DNA of 64,000 bases from Candidatus Marinacidobacterales bacterium. GTDB taxonomy: Bacteria > Acidobacteriota > Vicinamibacteria > Marinacidobacterales > SMYC01. The notes under the pieces are model-generated. The model did no database searches. It was not told the DNA's origin and saw only the letters and a program-made list of their open reading frames with translations. A program made the translations under genes and the position numbers. Positions 49,581 through 60,274 of the stretch are shown one piece after another (position 1 is the first letter of the stretch; every line of letters starts with the position of its first letter). Location of the stretch: positions 1,536,001 through 1,600,000 of the forward strand of contig CBDCYI010000004.1 of NCBI GenBank assembly GCA_965224085.1. The letters run 5' to 3'.

Positions 49581-50452
49581 GGTACTTTCGAGTGAACGAA
49601 CGATTTCGGTCACTCCCCGATGACCTCCGCCCACGCGGGCGGTGCCATTGCTGTCAAATTGAGCTGGTGACTGACAGAATGGTCCAATGAAGACCGATGC
49701 GCCAAGCTACCACGGCTATCGATTTCCACCGGAAATCATCAGCCACGCCGTCTGGCTCTACCACCGATTCTGCGTGAGCTTTCGAAACGTCGAAGAGCTG
49801 CTTGCTCAGCGAGGCATCACGGTTTCCTACGAAGCGATCCGACTTTGGTGCATCAAGTTCGGGCCGGAATACGCTCGGCGACTGAAGCGTCGGCAGGGTC
49901 GCCTTGGTGACACGTGGCACCTGGACGAGGTCTTCATAAAGATACAAGGCGAACGCCAATACCTCTGGCGCGCGGTAGACCAAGATGGTGATGTGATTGA
50001 TATCCTCGTCCAGCCTCGCCGTGATCAGAAAGCCGCCAAACGATTCTTCCGCAAGCTGTTGAAAGGGCAAGGCCGTCCGCCCTGGCAGCTGGTCACCGAC
50101 AAACTGAGAAGCTACAGCGCCGCTCACCGCGAGGTCATGCCGTCCGTCGTCCACGACACTGACCAGTACAGAAACAACCTAGCCGAAGTCTCGCACGAAC
50201 CGACGTGACAACGGGAACGACAGATGCGGAAGTTTAAAACTCCTGGGCAGGCGCAACGATTCTTGACCGTGCATGGACTCGTGCAAAACCTCTTTCGCGT
50301 CGGACGGCATTTGTTGCAAGCGCATCATCATCGGGAGCTACGAGACCGCGCTTTCATCGTCTGGCAGGAGGTAACCTGTGCCGTCCGATGAGAGCAAAGG
50401 AAATCAGCTCGACGCAATAGGTTCGCTCGCTCAACGTCAACTTGACAATACC
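49581..50452 (+). mobile_element. IS6-family element, copy 3; transposase has CGA>TGA nonsense at 50206
   Basis: Inverted relative to copies 1 and 2; carries the extended left end. Confidence 0.95.
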
Positions 50453-50575
50453 CTCAAAAGGAGTGGAAATGAAGTAGAAGTAAAGGAATTGGAATCCTTC
50501 GTTCAAGGGGAAACCGTGGTATCCTAAGAAGCGTCTTTCAATGCAGAAGGGGGCAGTGCCATTTGGAGGAGGACT

Positions 50576-50827
50576 ATGGCCAAAGCGCGAGTGTTGACGA
50601 GGTCGGAACTAGCCGAGCATTTGGGCGTCGATAAAAAGATGGTAACAAAATGGGAGCGGTCTGGGATGCCGGTCCACACTAGAGGGCGCGGCGTGGCGTC
50701 TCAATTCCGTCTGCGGGAGGTCCGTGCGTGGCTAAAGGTGCGGGAAGCCAAGGCCAAAGCGGCGGAGAAGGCAAAGGTGCGAGAAGCCAAAGCGGCAGAG
50801 AAGGCGAAGAAGACAGCGAAGCAATAA
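50576..50827 (+). CDS. Small winged-helix protein (Nu1 terminase small subunit/excisionase-like)
   Basis: LTRSELAEHLGVDKKMVTKWERSGMP...VRAW; strong RBS GGAGGA. Confidence 0.6.
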   Translation: MAKARVLTRSELAEHLGVDKKMVTKWERSGMPVHTRGRGVASQFRLREVRAWLKVREAKAKAAEKAKVREAKAAEKAKKTAKQ

Positions 50828-51019
50828 GACGCGGCGGCGATGAGATGAGACAAGTCTGACTGCGCGAGTCCTTGGAACTCGCTAGTCTCGCGGTACCGGT
50901 TGCCAACGACGCTGCTCGGGGAGCGCGTCGTACTCCTGGTCTTCGGTGACGAGTGCCTCTTCGAAACTGCGAAAGCTGTCGACGGCTTGCTTGCCCAGAT
51001 GGGACAGCAGGGGGTGGCC

Positions 51020-51285
51020 TTCCCTGGGATCGTGAGCTTGCTCAGGGACTTGAGGCTGACTTGCTTTCCTTTGATAGGGAAAAGCGCTCTATTCCTGGAA
51101 TCCACAATTCTACGAGACGGAAGGTGCTTATTGAGCAGCTCCTAGAAAGCGTTCGCCGGGTCAAGTATGTTGAGGTGATCCGCACGCTGAAGCTGAGCAA
51201 TCGTCGTGCCGACCCGAACGATGATCTGTTCGATCCTTTGAAAGCTGCGATACTGTGTCAGCGTCGGCGGAATATACAAGATGTA
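51020..51285 (+). pseudogene. Fragment resembling an aGPT-pyrophosphorylase clade 3 protein
   Basis: IPGI...LIEQLLESVRRVKY...RRADPNDDLFDPLKAAIL; family recalled from memory. Confidence 0.45.
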
Positions 51286-51534
51286 AAGTCGAACATGGTC
51301 TTTGGACATTTTCTCAACCAGCAGCAACGAGGAATGGTGGCGGCTACAGTGTGATAGCCGCTTGCCTTTTGTTACATATGGTTCGAATTTCGCCGACTGC
51401 GTTTATAGAGCTTCGCGTACTTGGCGTGTGCCTGAAGCTGTTTTCACGCTACGCCGAGCGGGCCCACCAAGGGGCTACCGTCGCCGGCGACCATCTACGC
51501 GGCACGGCAGTAGTAGTTGAGAATGCCCCAAAGT

Positions 51535-52508
51535 GAGTCAAGCCCATTCTTAGTTGAAATGTTCTACGGCTCCCGGTTCGTTTAAGCAACGTTCTTCCTC
51601 GACGTATTCTTTTTCGCGGTCTCGATCTTCAGTTCACGCTTGAGCGCTTCACGCAGCTTTGGAAGGTGTCGGTAGCCCATCACCTTCCGGAGGCGCGGCT
51701 CGATGTCGGTGAGCGCGGTCGCGAGCCAGCGTTGGCGTTGGTTCGAAGTCTTCCAGTGATCGACCTTCGCGCAACGTTCCTCGATAAGCGCATTGACGGA
51801 CTCGATGCAGTTCGTCGTCTTTAGTGAGTGACCGAGCACCCCGTACACGCCAAGACGATGCAAGGTCAGGGTCTCCTCCAGCCCCTCTTCGAGGCTAGAG
51901 GCCGCAGACTGATTCCTCTCTTCCAGCTCGCGGTGGAGTTGCTCGAGGGCCTCAAGCGCCTCCTTGTGCGTCGGCCGGCCGTACGCGCGCTGCAGCCGCT
52001 TGCGCCACAACGACTGCTCGCTCTTGGACAAATAGCTCACGACATTCTCTCGTTTGTGCCACTGGCAACGGCCCACGACGACCCGCCTGCGAAAGGCCTT
52101 GGTCACGGCTCCTCGCAGCCCCTTGCTGCCGTCGATGACCACCAGCAGCCCTTCAGAGATATCGAGACCCCGCTCGACCAATGAACGCAGAAACGACCTA
52201 AGAACACGCTCGTTCTCAGTGTCTGTCTCCACGAAGCCGAGGAAGCGTTTGTCCCCGGATAACGTGATGCCGAGAGCCACCACCATCGTCGCGTCGGCGA
52301 ACGTCTTGCCGTCCAGGACCATCGCCACCACGTCCTCACCCGAGAGATCACGCTCCTGCATCTCACGCAGCTTCGCTGCGCTTGCTTCGACGAAGCCGCG
52401 CGACACCGACGAACTCGACAGACCGATCGCGCCCGGGACCAATTCCGCCGCCGACTCATAGTTCCGGCACGAGATCCCGTACAGCACTCTTCGTAGAAGC
52501 AACTTCGC
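51535..52508 (-). mobile_element. IS256-family element, 5'-truncated
   Basis: VLDGK, VIDGSKGL, RCQWHKRENV, TTNCIES; terminus GAGTCAAGCCCATTCTTAGTTGAAA. Confidence 0.88.
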
Positions 52509-52875
52509 TTGAGCTCCTCGGCACCGTCGAGCGCTTTGCTTCCCTCCGCGTAGTAGTCGAACCAAGCCAGTCCACTGTCTGTATAGGTCTTCGCGGTCGG
52601 CGGGGGTGTGGGAGGCTTCTCTCCGGTGATCGCTTCCCACACCAGCGAGTTGGCCAAGTGCACGTAGCAGCGACTGCCCGCTCTGGGAATCGGTGCTCGA
52701 ACGCGTCTCGTCGCATGGGATATACAAGGATCTGGAGTCCACCGTACTCGGCCTTCCTGGTTACTTGTTCCTCGGCGGTGTATCCACCACCCAGTGGCAT
52801 CGCCACAAACTGCCGAATGACGCCCTTTTTGACACAGAAGCCGTCGAGCCACGGCTGTTGCGGGACTACCATGTA
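52509..52875 (-). pseudogene. Frameshifted fragment of a conserved hypothetical protein
   Basis: QPWLDGFCV..GVIRQFVAMPLG.GYTAEEQ, then in another frame RCYVHLAN...PPTAKTYT..GLAWFDYY. Confidence 0.6.
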
Positions 52876-52953
52876 GTTTTGCGGGCTGCGTTCGGTCTAA
52901 CTTCCTTGTGGGTGAGCCAGCCTCGGATTGACGTCCGGCGCGCAACACGCAGA

Positions 52954-53570
52954 TCAGCGGGTAGCGGTCCCTGTTGGGAAGCCGGTCGCCATGTTGGCCA
53001 TGCGCTGGAGGACGCCCGGCCCAACGTCTTGAATGTTCATGTCCACCAGCGGCTTCAACGTGAAGGGTCCAGGACTGTCGTCCGGATCTGGTTCGATCGA
53101 CACGACAGCCTGATAGCCGATCAGCGAAACCGGTGGCATGATGAAGTCCTGCCCTGGGAATGGCGGCGTGCTTCTCGGACCGGCCGCGTCCGAGTCGGCA
53201 CCCATCACCTGAGTGAATTGGCCCGTCGACACCGGGCCTTCGGGGCCGACCACCCAGCCCTCGTAGATCCAGCCCGCCGGCAACGCCGGCAACACCAGCG
53301 ACGCGCCCGGACCAGCAGCAGGGTCGAGCCACCAGATACCGGACGCGTAGTCACGCGTTACAGCGGCAGTGGAGGGTGATTCCAAGATGAAGCTCCCGGA
53401 CGCGGAAGCGAAGGTGGTGCCCAGCGCTGTAGCGTCCGCCACAGAAAGCGCTGCATTGTTTCCAGCGAAGTCACCAGCGAGATACTTCGTCGCCGACGGC
53501 GCTGGGTCGGAATCTGGCGACGGCTCGATGGTCAGGATGAACTTCGTCGCAGACGAGAGCGTGGCTGCCC
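52954..53570 (-). pseudogene. 5'-truncated exported protein of an 'anti-sigma factor'-annotated family
   Basis: FILTIEP..DSDPAPS, LPALPAGWIYEGWVV, SIEPDPDDSPGPF; frame open upstream without a start. Confidence 0.55.
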
Positions 53571-53597
53571 TCTTCGCTCTCTTGCGAGTTTCCGATC

Positions 53598-54828
53598 CCG
53601 TCGTGTCCGAAAATGTGAACGGAGCCGAAAGCTCGACTCCTAGAGGCGTTCTCGAAATTCACGGAGACCAGCCGACGCGGCACTGGCTCTGCGATAGGCA
53701 CTCCCGAGCAGACCTCTCCTCCAGACCATCCGTTCCGTCCAGCTGGCGCGCCCGAACTCCTCTCCTATGCGGCGTCGCGGTGGTAATAGCTGAGCAAGCC
53801 GCCCAATCGCTTACGACATCGCACCTTCCCGTGAGGACTGCCGACGCATTCTTCCGCTTCGAGCAACGCGTTCCCGAGCCCTTGATGGTTGCGCTCTCCG
53901 TGATAATGATGGATGAACTCAGCGACGGCACGGCGCAGCGATTGCTCACTGAAAAAGATCATCCGCTCCAAGCACTCGCTCTTGATCGACAAAACGAACC
54001 TTTCGACATAAGCGTCAGATTCGGCGAACGGTACGGCAGCCGAACGACTTCAGTTCCGGCGTGCTCAAGCAAGTCGCGAAACTCCGTGGTGAACTTCTTG
54101 TCGCGGTCCAGGATGAGGAATCGCTTGCCGCGCAGAAAGCCGTCGAGCGGGTCGGTGAGATTCCGACCGACCTGCATCATGAACGCGTCGTCCGGCCCGG
54201 GAGTTATTCCGGCAATGTGTACTTTTCGCGAAGACAGCTCGATGACGACGAGCACATAGTAGGTCACGAGCCTGCGAACTGTGGCGACCTCGACGGTGAA
54301 GAAGTCGGTCGCAGCAACGGTTTCCCAATGGGCGGTGAGAAACGTGCGCCACGGCGTCCGCTCACCTCTCTCCGGCGCAGGCTCGATGCCATGTTCTCGC
54401 AGAATATTGGCGATGGTGCTCCTGGCTACGATATGGCCGAGATTCGAGAGGGCGCCGCGAATGCGTGTATAGCCCCACCTCGGATTCGACTGCACCATCC
54501 CTACGACGAGCTTGCTAATCTCGGCCATGACCCGGGGCCGTCCGGGCTGTTTCCGCCGCTCGCTGTAGTCCCACTTCCGCGCAATCAGCCTTCGGTGCCA
54601 AGCCAGCAGGGTTTCCGGTGTGACGATACCGGCGACTTCTGCCAAGAGTTTCCGGCCAAGCGCCTTACCCTTTACCGCGAGCCGACGTCGCTCGGCGTCC
54701 GTCAGGAGAAGCTTCTTCCCGCGAAGCCGAGCTTTGAGGACTAGCCATTGGCCAACCAAGCGTAGACACGTCTATTCCGAAACGTCCCGGCGAGCCGGTC
54801 TTGAGTTCGTTTGTGTTTTTGGACACGA
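53598..54828 (-). mobile_element. rve integrase-core IS-like element, 5'-deleted and frameshifted; one terminal IR interrupted by the group II intron
   Basis: [31 protein letters not shown]; IRs CCGTCGTGTCCGAAAA and TTTTTGGACACGA^CGG. Confidence 0.8.
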
Positions 54829-55730
54829 GTGCGTCCAGCGAAGGCTGGCATGTTCAGTGGGAGAGAGTCCCACCGGGGAAAAAGTTAGCGCCCCGTAGCT
54901 TGAGTCACGTTCGTGGAGGAAACGAGACGGATGAAGCTGACTGACAAAGCCATCTTGAGGATGGTGAGCGAGTCACCGGGCCGTAACACAAGTGAACCCA
55001 TAGGTGGCCCCGACAAAAAAAATAGACCCCAGAGGCCGAGTTTTCTCGTGTCGGACGAAGGCAACAGGATGTGTCGCCAGACTATCTGATGAGGCACATC
55101 CCTCTGGCGGGGTGGTAGGGACAGCACGGTGATAAGGACATGCCAAGCAACTGGAGAAGCCGTCCTCGTCCCGTCGAGAAATCGACGGAGCAAGGTAGAC
55201 CGCATAACCGGAGGCCCCGGGAAAACGGTCGCAGACGAGACGGTGGCGGCTGGGTCGGTAGTAGCGTTGAAACGGGGCAACGCCCGTGGAGCAAAGGGGC
55301 CCTGCTGCACACAACTCCTTCGTCAACAAGCGAGGCAGGGGTGAGATGACAAAATCACCCATCACTCTGCAGGAGCTGAGACGAAGGATATACGTCAAGG
55401 CGAAGGCCGAGAAGTCTTGGCGCTTCTTGCGCCAAGGTTTCGGCTGGAAGCGATGGAGTAGGCGATGGATGTACGCGACTGTCGGACTGTTCACAGATTA
55501 CCGAGTTCGATGTCTCGTAGATTCGCCGAAAGACGCCCCGGCTCGATAGGTCACATAACCCTTCGCGGGAAGTGTGCAGGAGCGCGTAGTGCGGGAAAGC
55601 CGCACGCTGCGTGCGATGTGGCGGGGGCTGGAAACGGACTTACGGTGCGGCTAGTGAGGCACTCCCACAGGAAACGGGGAGAAACAGATAGGCCGCGCCT
55701 ACGGAGCACCGCGCCAGCCCTCGACCCTAC
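54829..55730 (+). mobile_element. Group II intron with in-frame deletion of almost all of the RT ORF
   Basis: GTGCG 5' end; domain V GCGCGTAGTGCGGGAAAGCCGCACGCTGCGTGC; domain VI ending CGACCCTAC; mini-ORF 55346-55549. Confidence 0.9.
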
Positions 55731-56189
55731 CGGCATCCGACCGCGGAGTGGACGCTGCAACAGTTCCGGGAGGCGATTGGGTGCGAGCACGCTTATCGAT
55801 TCGTCATCGTGGACCGCGATGACAAGTTCTCAGCAGACCTCCGCCGCTCCGTCCGGGGGATGGGTGTTCGGCCGTTGAGGACGCCGCGCAGAGCACCGCA
55901 GGCGAATGCCTATTGTGAGAGACTCATCGGCACCACACGCCGGGAGTGCTTGGATTTTCTGATACCGCTGTCAGAGGAACATCTCCGCCGACTCTTGACC
56001 GAATGGCGTGACTACTACAATCGGGCGAGACCGCATTCATCGCTCGGGCCAGGCCTTCCCACCACCTGTGTCGAGCTTCCGATGAAACCGGACCAGCACC
56101 GGCATCAATTACCCACCCAGCGCGCCGTTGCCTTGAGGCCAGTCCTTGGTGGGCTCCATCACGATTACCGGTTGTCACGCGTCGCCTGA
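55731..56189 (+). pseudogene. rve integrase-core transposase C-terminal fragment
   Basis: HPTAEWTLQQFREA, PQANAYCERLIGT.RRECLD, YYNRARPH, LGGLHHDY. Confidence 0.85.
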
Positions 56190-56561
56190 CGGACCTAGCT
56201 TCTCGCGGGGAACAACGCGTTCTTTCTCGAGCACGTTATTGCGTCGGTGGCCCGGCAGCGACAGAGTGCAGAACCTCCACCGAGGCGAACACGAGTTCGC
56301 AGGACCTCAACTCCCATGGCTGTCTGCCCGTCAATACGCGATCTTTTTTTGCGGATCACAACCGACGGTAGCTGCAAAGCCTCGGCCGCCACGACCTCAT
56401 ACTGCCCAGCATCCTAATCGGAAGCCTGGGAACGGATGCCGCCCCACAATCCCGGCTTGACTATGGTCGGCGCTTTATGTTTGCCGGGTTAAACCAAATC
56501 GTGTTCTTTACCCATAAAAGAATTGATGGTATTCTGAAGCAGAGTTAGGAGGAACCAAAAG

Positions 56562-58001
56562 GTGAAAACGTCAGCCGTGTTAGAACTCATCAAGGACAAG
56601 GGAATCTTGGCGATAGATCTGCGATTCGTTGACTTACCTGGGCTTTGGCAGCACTTCACAATGTCAGCTCAGGAATTTCTCCGCGCGGACATTTTTGAAG
56701 AAGGGGTCGGTTTTGACGGGTCAAGTATCCGAGGCTTCCAAGAGATCCACGAGAGCGACATGTTACTGATCCCCGATCCGGCAACTGCATTCATCGATCC
56801 GTTCGCGGACGCGCAGACATTATGTCTCATTTGTAACGTAAAGGACCCGATCAAAGACGAGGCATATACGCGCGACCCTCGCAACATCGCGCAGAAGGCC
56901 GAGGTTTACTTGAAATCGACCGGTATTGGCGACACTGCGTACTTTGGTCCCGAACCGGAGTTCTTCATCTTCGACGATGTACGGTTTGGGCAAACCCATA
57001 ACGAGGGCTACTACCACATCGACGCTACAGAGGGCTTCTGGAACGCTGGACGAGCCGAAAACCCCGACGGAGCCGGCCACTCGCGCAATCTCGGGTACAA
57101 GCCACGGTACAAGGAGGGGTACTTCCCGGTGCCTCCCATGGACAGCCAGCAAGATATTCGCACTGAGATGATGTCGGTGCTCGAGTCAATCGGAGTTGAC
57201 GTCGAGGTGCATCATCATGAGGTCGGTACGGCGGGGCAAGCCGAAATCGACATGCGGTTTGATTCGCTCGTCCGCATGGGCGACAAGCTGATGAAGTACA
57301 AGTACGTCATCAAGAATGTTGCCCACCGGCACGGAAAGACTGTCACGTTTATGCCGAAACCGATCTTCCAGGACAACGGTTCCGGGATGCATGTCCATCA
57401 GAGCATCTGGAAGGACGAGAAGAACCAATTTTTTGAGGTCGGTACCTACGCCGACCTCAGCGAGATGGCGCTACACTACATCGGAGGGATCCTCAAGCAC
57501 GCGCCGGCATTGTTGGCGCTGACCAATCCGACGACCAACTCGTATCGTCGGCTCGTGCCAGGTTACGAGGCGCCGATCAACTTGATCTACTCGATGCGCA
57601 ACCGCAGCGCTGCGGTGCGTATTCCAGTCGTATCGACCAGTGAAAAGGCGAAGCGAATTGAATGTCGGTTTCCCGATTCGACTTGCAACGGGTACCTAGC
57701 GCTGAGCGCGATGCTAATGGCCGGGCTTGACGGCATCGAGAATAAGCTGACTCCCCCGGGCCCGCTCGACAAGGATCTTTATAGCCTGCCGCCAGAAGAG
57801 CAAGTTGAGATCGACAGCACGCCGGCGGATCTGTCGGACGTGCTCGACGCGCTCGAGGCCGACCACGAGTTCCTCCTTAAGGGCGACGTGTTCACGCGCG
57901 ATGTCATCGAGAGCTGGATTTCCCACAAACGCGACAACGAAATCGACGCGGTTCGCCTGCGGCCCCACCCATGGGAGTTCGCGCTCTATTTCGATATCTA
58001 G
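56562..58001 (+). CDS. glnA: Glutamine synthetase type I
   Basis: [43 protein letters not shown]. Confidence 0.97.
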   Translation: MKTSAVLELIKDKGILAIDLRFVDLPGLWQHFTMSAQEFLRADIFEEGVGFDGSSIRGFQEIHESDMLLIPDPATAFIDPFADAQTLCLICNVKDPIKDEAYTRDPRNIAQKAEVYLKSTGIGDTAYFGPEPEFFIFDDVRFGQTHNEGYYHIDATEGFWNAGRAENPDGAGHSRNLGYKPRYKEGYFPVPPMDSQQDIRTEMMSVLESIGVDVEVHHHEVGTAGQAEIDMRFDSLVRMGDKLMKYKYVIKNVAHRHGKTVTFMPKPIFQDNGSGMHVHQSIWKDEKNQFFEVGTYADLSEMALHYIGGILKHAPALLALTNPTTNSYRRLVPGYEAPINLIYSMRNRSAAVRIPVVSTSEKAKRIECRFPDSTCNGYLALSAMLMAGLDGIENKLTPPGPLDKDLYSLPPEEQVEIDSTPADLSDVLDALEADHEFLLKGDVFTRDVIESWISHKRDNEIDAVRLRPHPWEFALYFDI

Positions 58002-58060
58002 GGATACAGGGGATGGTCGGCACGGCTACGTCACCAGTTGTAGTAGTTTAGACTTGAGTT

Positions 58061-59151
58061 GATGCCTTGGTGCACAACTCGCGATCTCGGTCCACAATTG
58101 TCCTGTACTCGCGGATACGAGGTTCCCCATGAGCATTTTCAAACGCACTCAGCGGAAGTATGTGAAGAAGGCCTATCGCGTGAGGAATTGGCGTGAATAT
58201 GAGGCGGGTCTACGCAATCGCGGGAGCCTGACCGTCTGGATCTCGCTCACCGCCGGCAAGCTTGTGAACTGGGACGCGCCCCGGCCAAGGAGGAGGAAAC
58301 CGGGCCGTCAACGCAAGTACTCGAACCACGCCATCGAGACGGCTGTCACCCTGGGCATGGTGTTTCATCTGTCGTCTAGGCAGAGCGAGGGATTGCTGCG
58401 ATCGTTGTTCGCTCTGATGAAGCTAGACAATGATGTGCCCGATCACACCACGATCTCGAGGCGCAAGGCGAAGCTGGGTAAGGTCCCCTTCTACCAAGAC
58501 AAGCAGAAGACGCCGTTGCACATCTTGATCGACAGCAGCGGTCTCGCTGTCCACGCCGGCCAGCTGCGCAGAGCACCAAATAGCAGGGACTATCGCAAGC
58601 TCCATCTGTGTGTCGACGAGCAGACGGGCGAAGTCGTCGCCGGCGAGCTGACGAGCAAAAGAGCCCGCGATTCATCGCGGGTTGCATCGCTTGTCGGACA
58701 GAGCGACAGTCCCATCTCATCGGCCAGAGCTGACACCGCATACGACGCCAGCGGCGTCTATGAGGCAATCGAGAATCACAGCGCTCATCGCTCGCCGAGG
58801 GTGCTGATACCGCCGCGCAAGGGCGCCCAGCTCGCATCGGGGCCGGCGAGCAGCCGACAGCGCAATCGCAACATTGCAGCACAAGCTCGGCTCGGCAAAC
58901 GAAAGTGGCACACAGAATCGGGCTACAGCAAACGGAGCAAAGTCGAGACAACGTTCCATCGCTACAAGGCTATCGTGGGCTCAGCGATGCGAGCGAGAGG
59001 GTTGGCGGCACAGAGAGTCGAGGCAAGGATCGGGTGCAAGATTCTCAACACCATGACGGCGCTCGGGATGCCTGATAGCGAGATGATCGGATGATGGGAG
59101 TCGGGGCCAAGCGAACTCTCGGCCTCTATCGGAGTTGTGCACCAAGGCATC
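58061..59151 (+). mobile_element. IS5-family element, intact transposase 58129-59094
   Basis: 20-bp perfect IRs GATGCCTTGGTGCACAACTC; NWREYEAGLRNRGSLTVW, IDSSG, ADTAYD, YSKRSKVE. Confidence 0.93.
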
Positions 59152-59226
59152 GGTGCGGAGCTTGCTCAGAATCGTCTTGATCTGATTAAACTCCTCGTCA
59201 TACATCACCACATCAGTGGTCGCCAT
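59152..59226 (-). pseudogene. mglB: MglB (Roadblock/LC7 GAP) N-terminus truncated by IS5
   Basis: MATTDVVMYDEEFNQIKTILSKLRTDA resembles the Myxococcus MglB start; lies downstream of recR. Confidence 0.75.
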
Positions 59227-59349
59227 GACTCTGATATCCTCCGTCCGAGACCTGCACGCGGGATTTAAGACTGCGGGCTTGAATACCTTATAGATATATC
59301 GAAAAGATTGCCACTTGGCAAGCGGCGGTGCGTTCTAAATCGCGTAGAT

Positions 59350-59949
59350 TCAGTACTCACGGCGGCCCTCCAAGGCCTTTCCGACGGTCACTTCGTCGGC
59401 ATAGTCGAGCTCGCTGCCCACAGGAATCCCCATGGCGATGCGGGTCACTTTGACTCCTAGAGGCTTGATGAGCTTCGAGAGATAGATGGCCGTCGCCTCG
59501 CCTTCCACGTTGGGATTCGTCGCGAGAATCACTTCTTCGAACTCTCCGTCCGCGAGCCGCGACAAGAGACCCGCGATTTTGAGCTGCTCCGGACCGATAC
59601 CGGAGAGCGGCGAGAGGCTCCCCATTAGTACATGATAGCGCCCTTTGAACTCGTGGGTCTTCTCGATGGCCACGACGTTGGGAGGCTCTTCGACAACGCA
59701 GAGGAGCCGAGAGTTCCGATCGGGGCTCGAACAATAGGCACAGGGGTCCTCATCGGTCACGTTGTTGCAGAGAGAACACGTGACGATTTTGTCTTTCACG
59801 TTCTGGATCGCCTGAGCGAGATGCTGCGCCTCGTCCGTGCTGGCTCGTAGGATATGGAAGGTGATGCGCTGTGCCGATTTCGCCCCGATCCCCGGGAGCT
59901 CCTTCAGCTCCGCAATCAATCGGGACACGGGCTCCGGATAGTCCTTCAC
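59350..59949 (-). CDS. recR: Recombination mediator RecR
   Basis: [12 protein letters not shown]4 zinc finger, [12 protein letters not shown]. Confidence 0.97.
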   Translation of the reverse strand: MKDYPEPVSRLIAELKELPGIGAKSAQRITFHILRASTDEAQHLAQAIQNVKDKIVTCSLCNNVTDEDPCAYCSSPDRNSRLLCVVEEPPNVVAIEKTHEFKGRYHVLMGSLSPLSGIGPEQLKIAGLLSRLADGEFEEVILATNPNVEGEATAIYLSKLIKPLGVKVTRIAMGIPVGSELDYADEVTVGKALEGRREY

Positions 59950-59950
59950 G

Positions 59951-60244
59951 CTAAAAGAGGCCGGGAATGTTGCCCGCGATAGAGCCGAGCTGGCTTTGGG
60001 CTGCTTCGTCGACTTTGCGCGACGCCTCGTTGACGGCCGCGGTCACGAGGTCCTGCAACATTTCGACGTCGTCCTTGTCGACGACTTCCGGGTCGATCGT
60101 CACTCCGAGGACGGTCTTGTTGCCGCTCATTTGGACCGTCACCATCCCGCCTCCGGCCGAAGCTTCCACACGGAGGTCGTCGAGCTGTTTCTTGAATTTC
60201 TCCTGAAGCGCTTGGGCTTGCTTCATGATTTGGTTCATTTTCAT
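59951..60244 (-). CDS. ybaB: YbaB/EbfC nucleoid-associated protein
   Basis: [26 protein letters not shown]. Confidence 0.95.
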   Translation of the reverse strand: MKMNQIMKQAQALQEKFKKQLDDLRVEASAGGGMVTVQMSGNKTVLGVTIDPEVVDKDDVEMLQDLVTAAVNEASRKVDEAAQSQLGSIAGNIPGLF

Positions 60245-60274
60245 TATTGACTCCAAAGGTTTGGGGTTCGAAAC

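Noticed and set aside
50206-50208. Selenocysteine UGA in the IS6 copy 3 transposase
   Set aside because: The other two copies have CGA (Arg); simple C>T nonsense change
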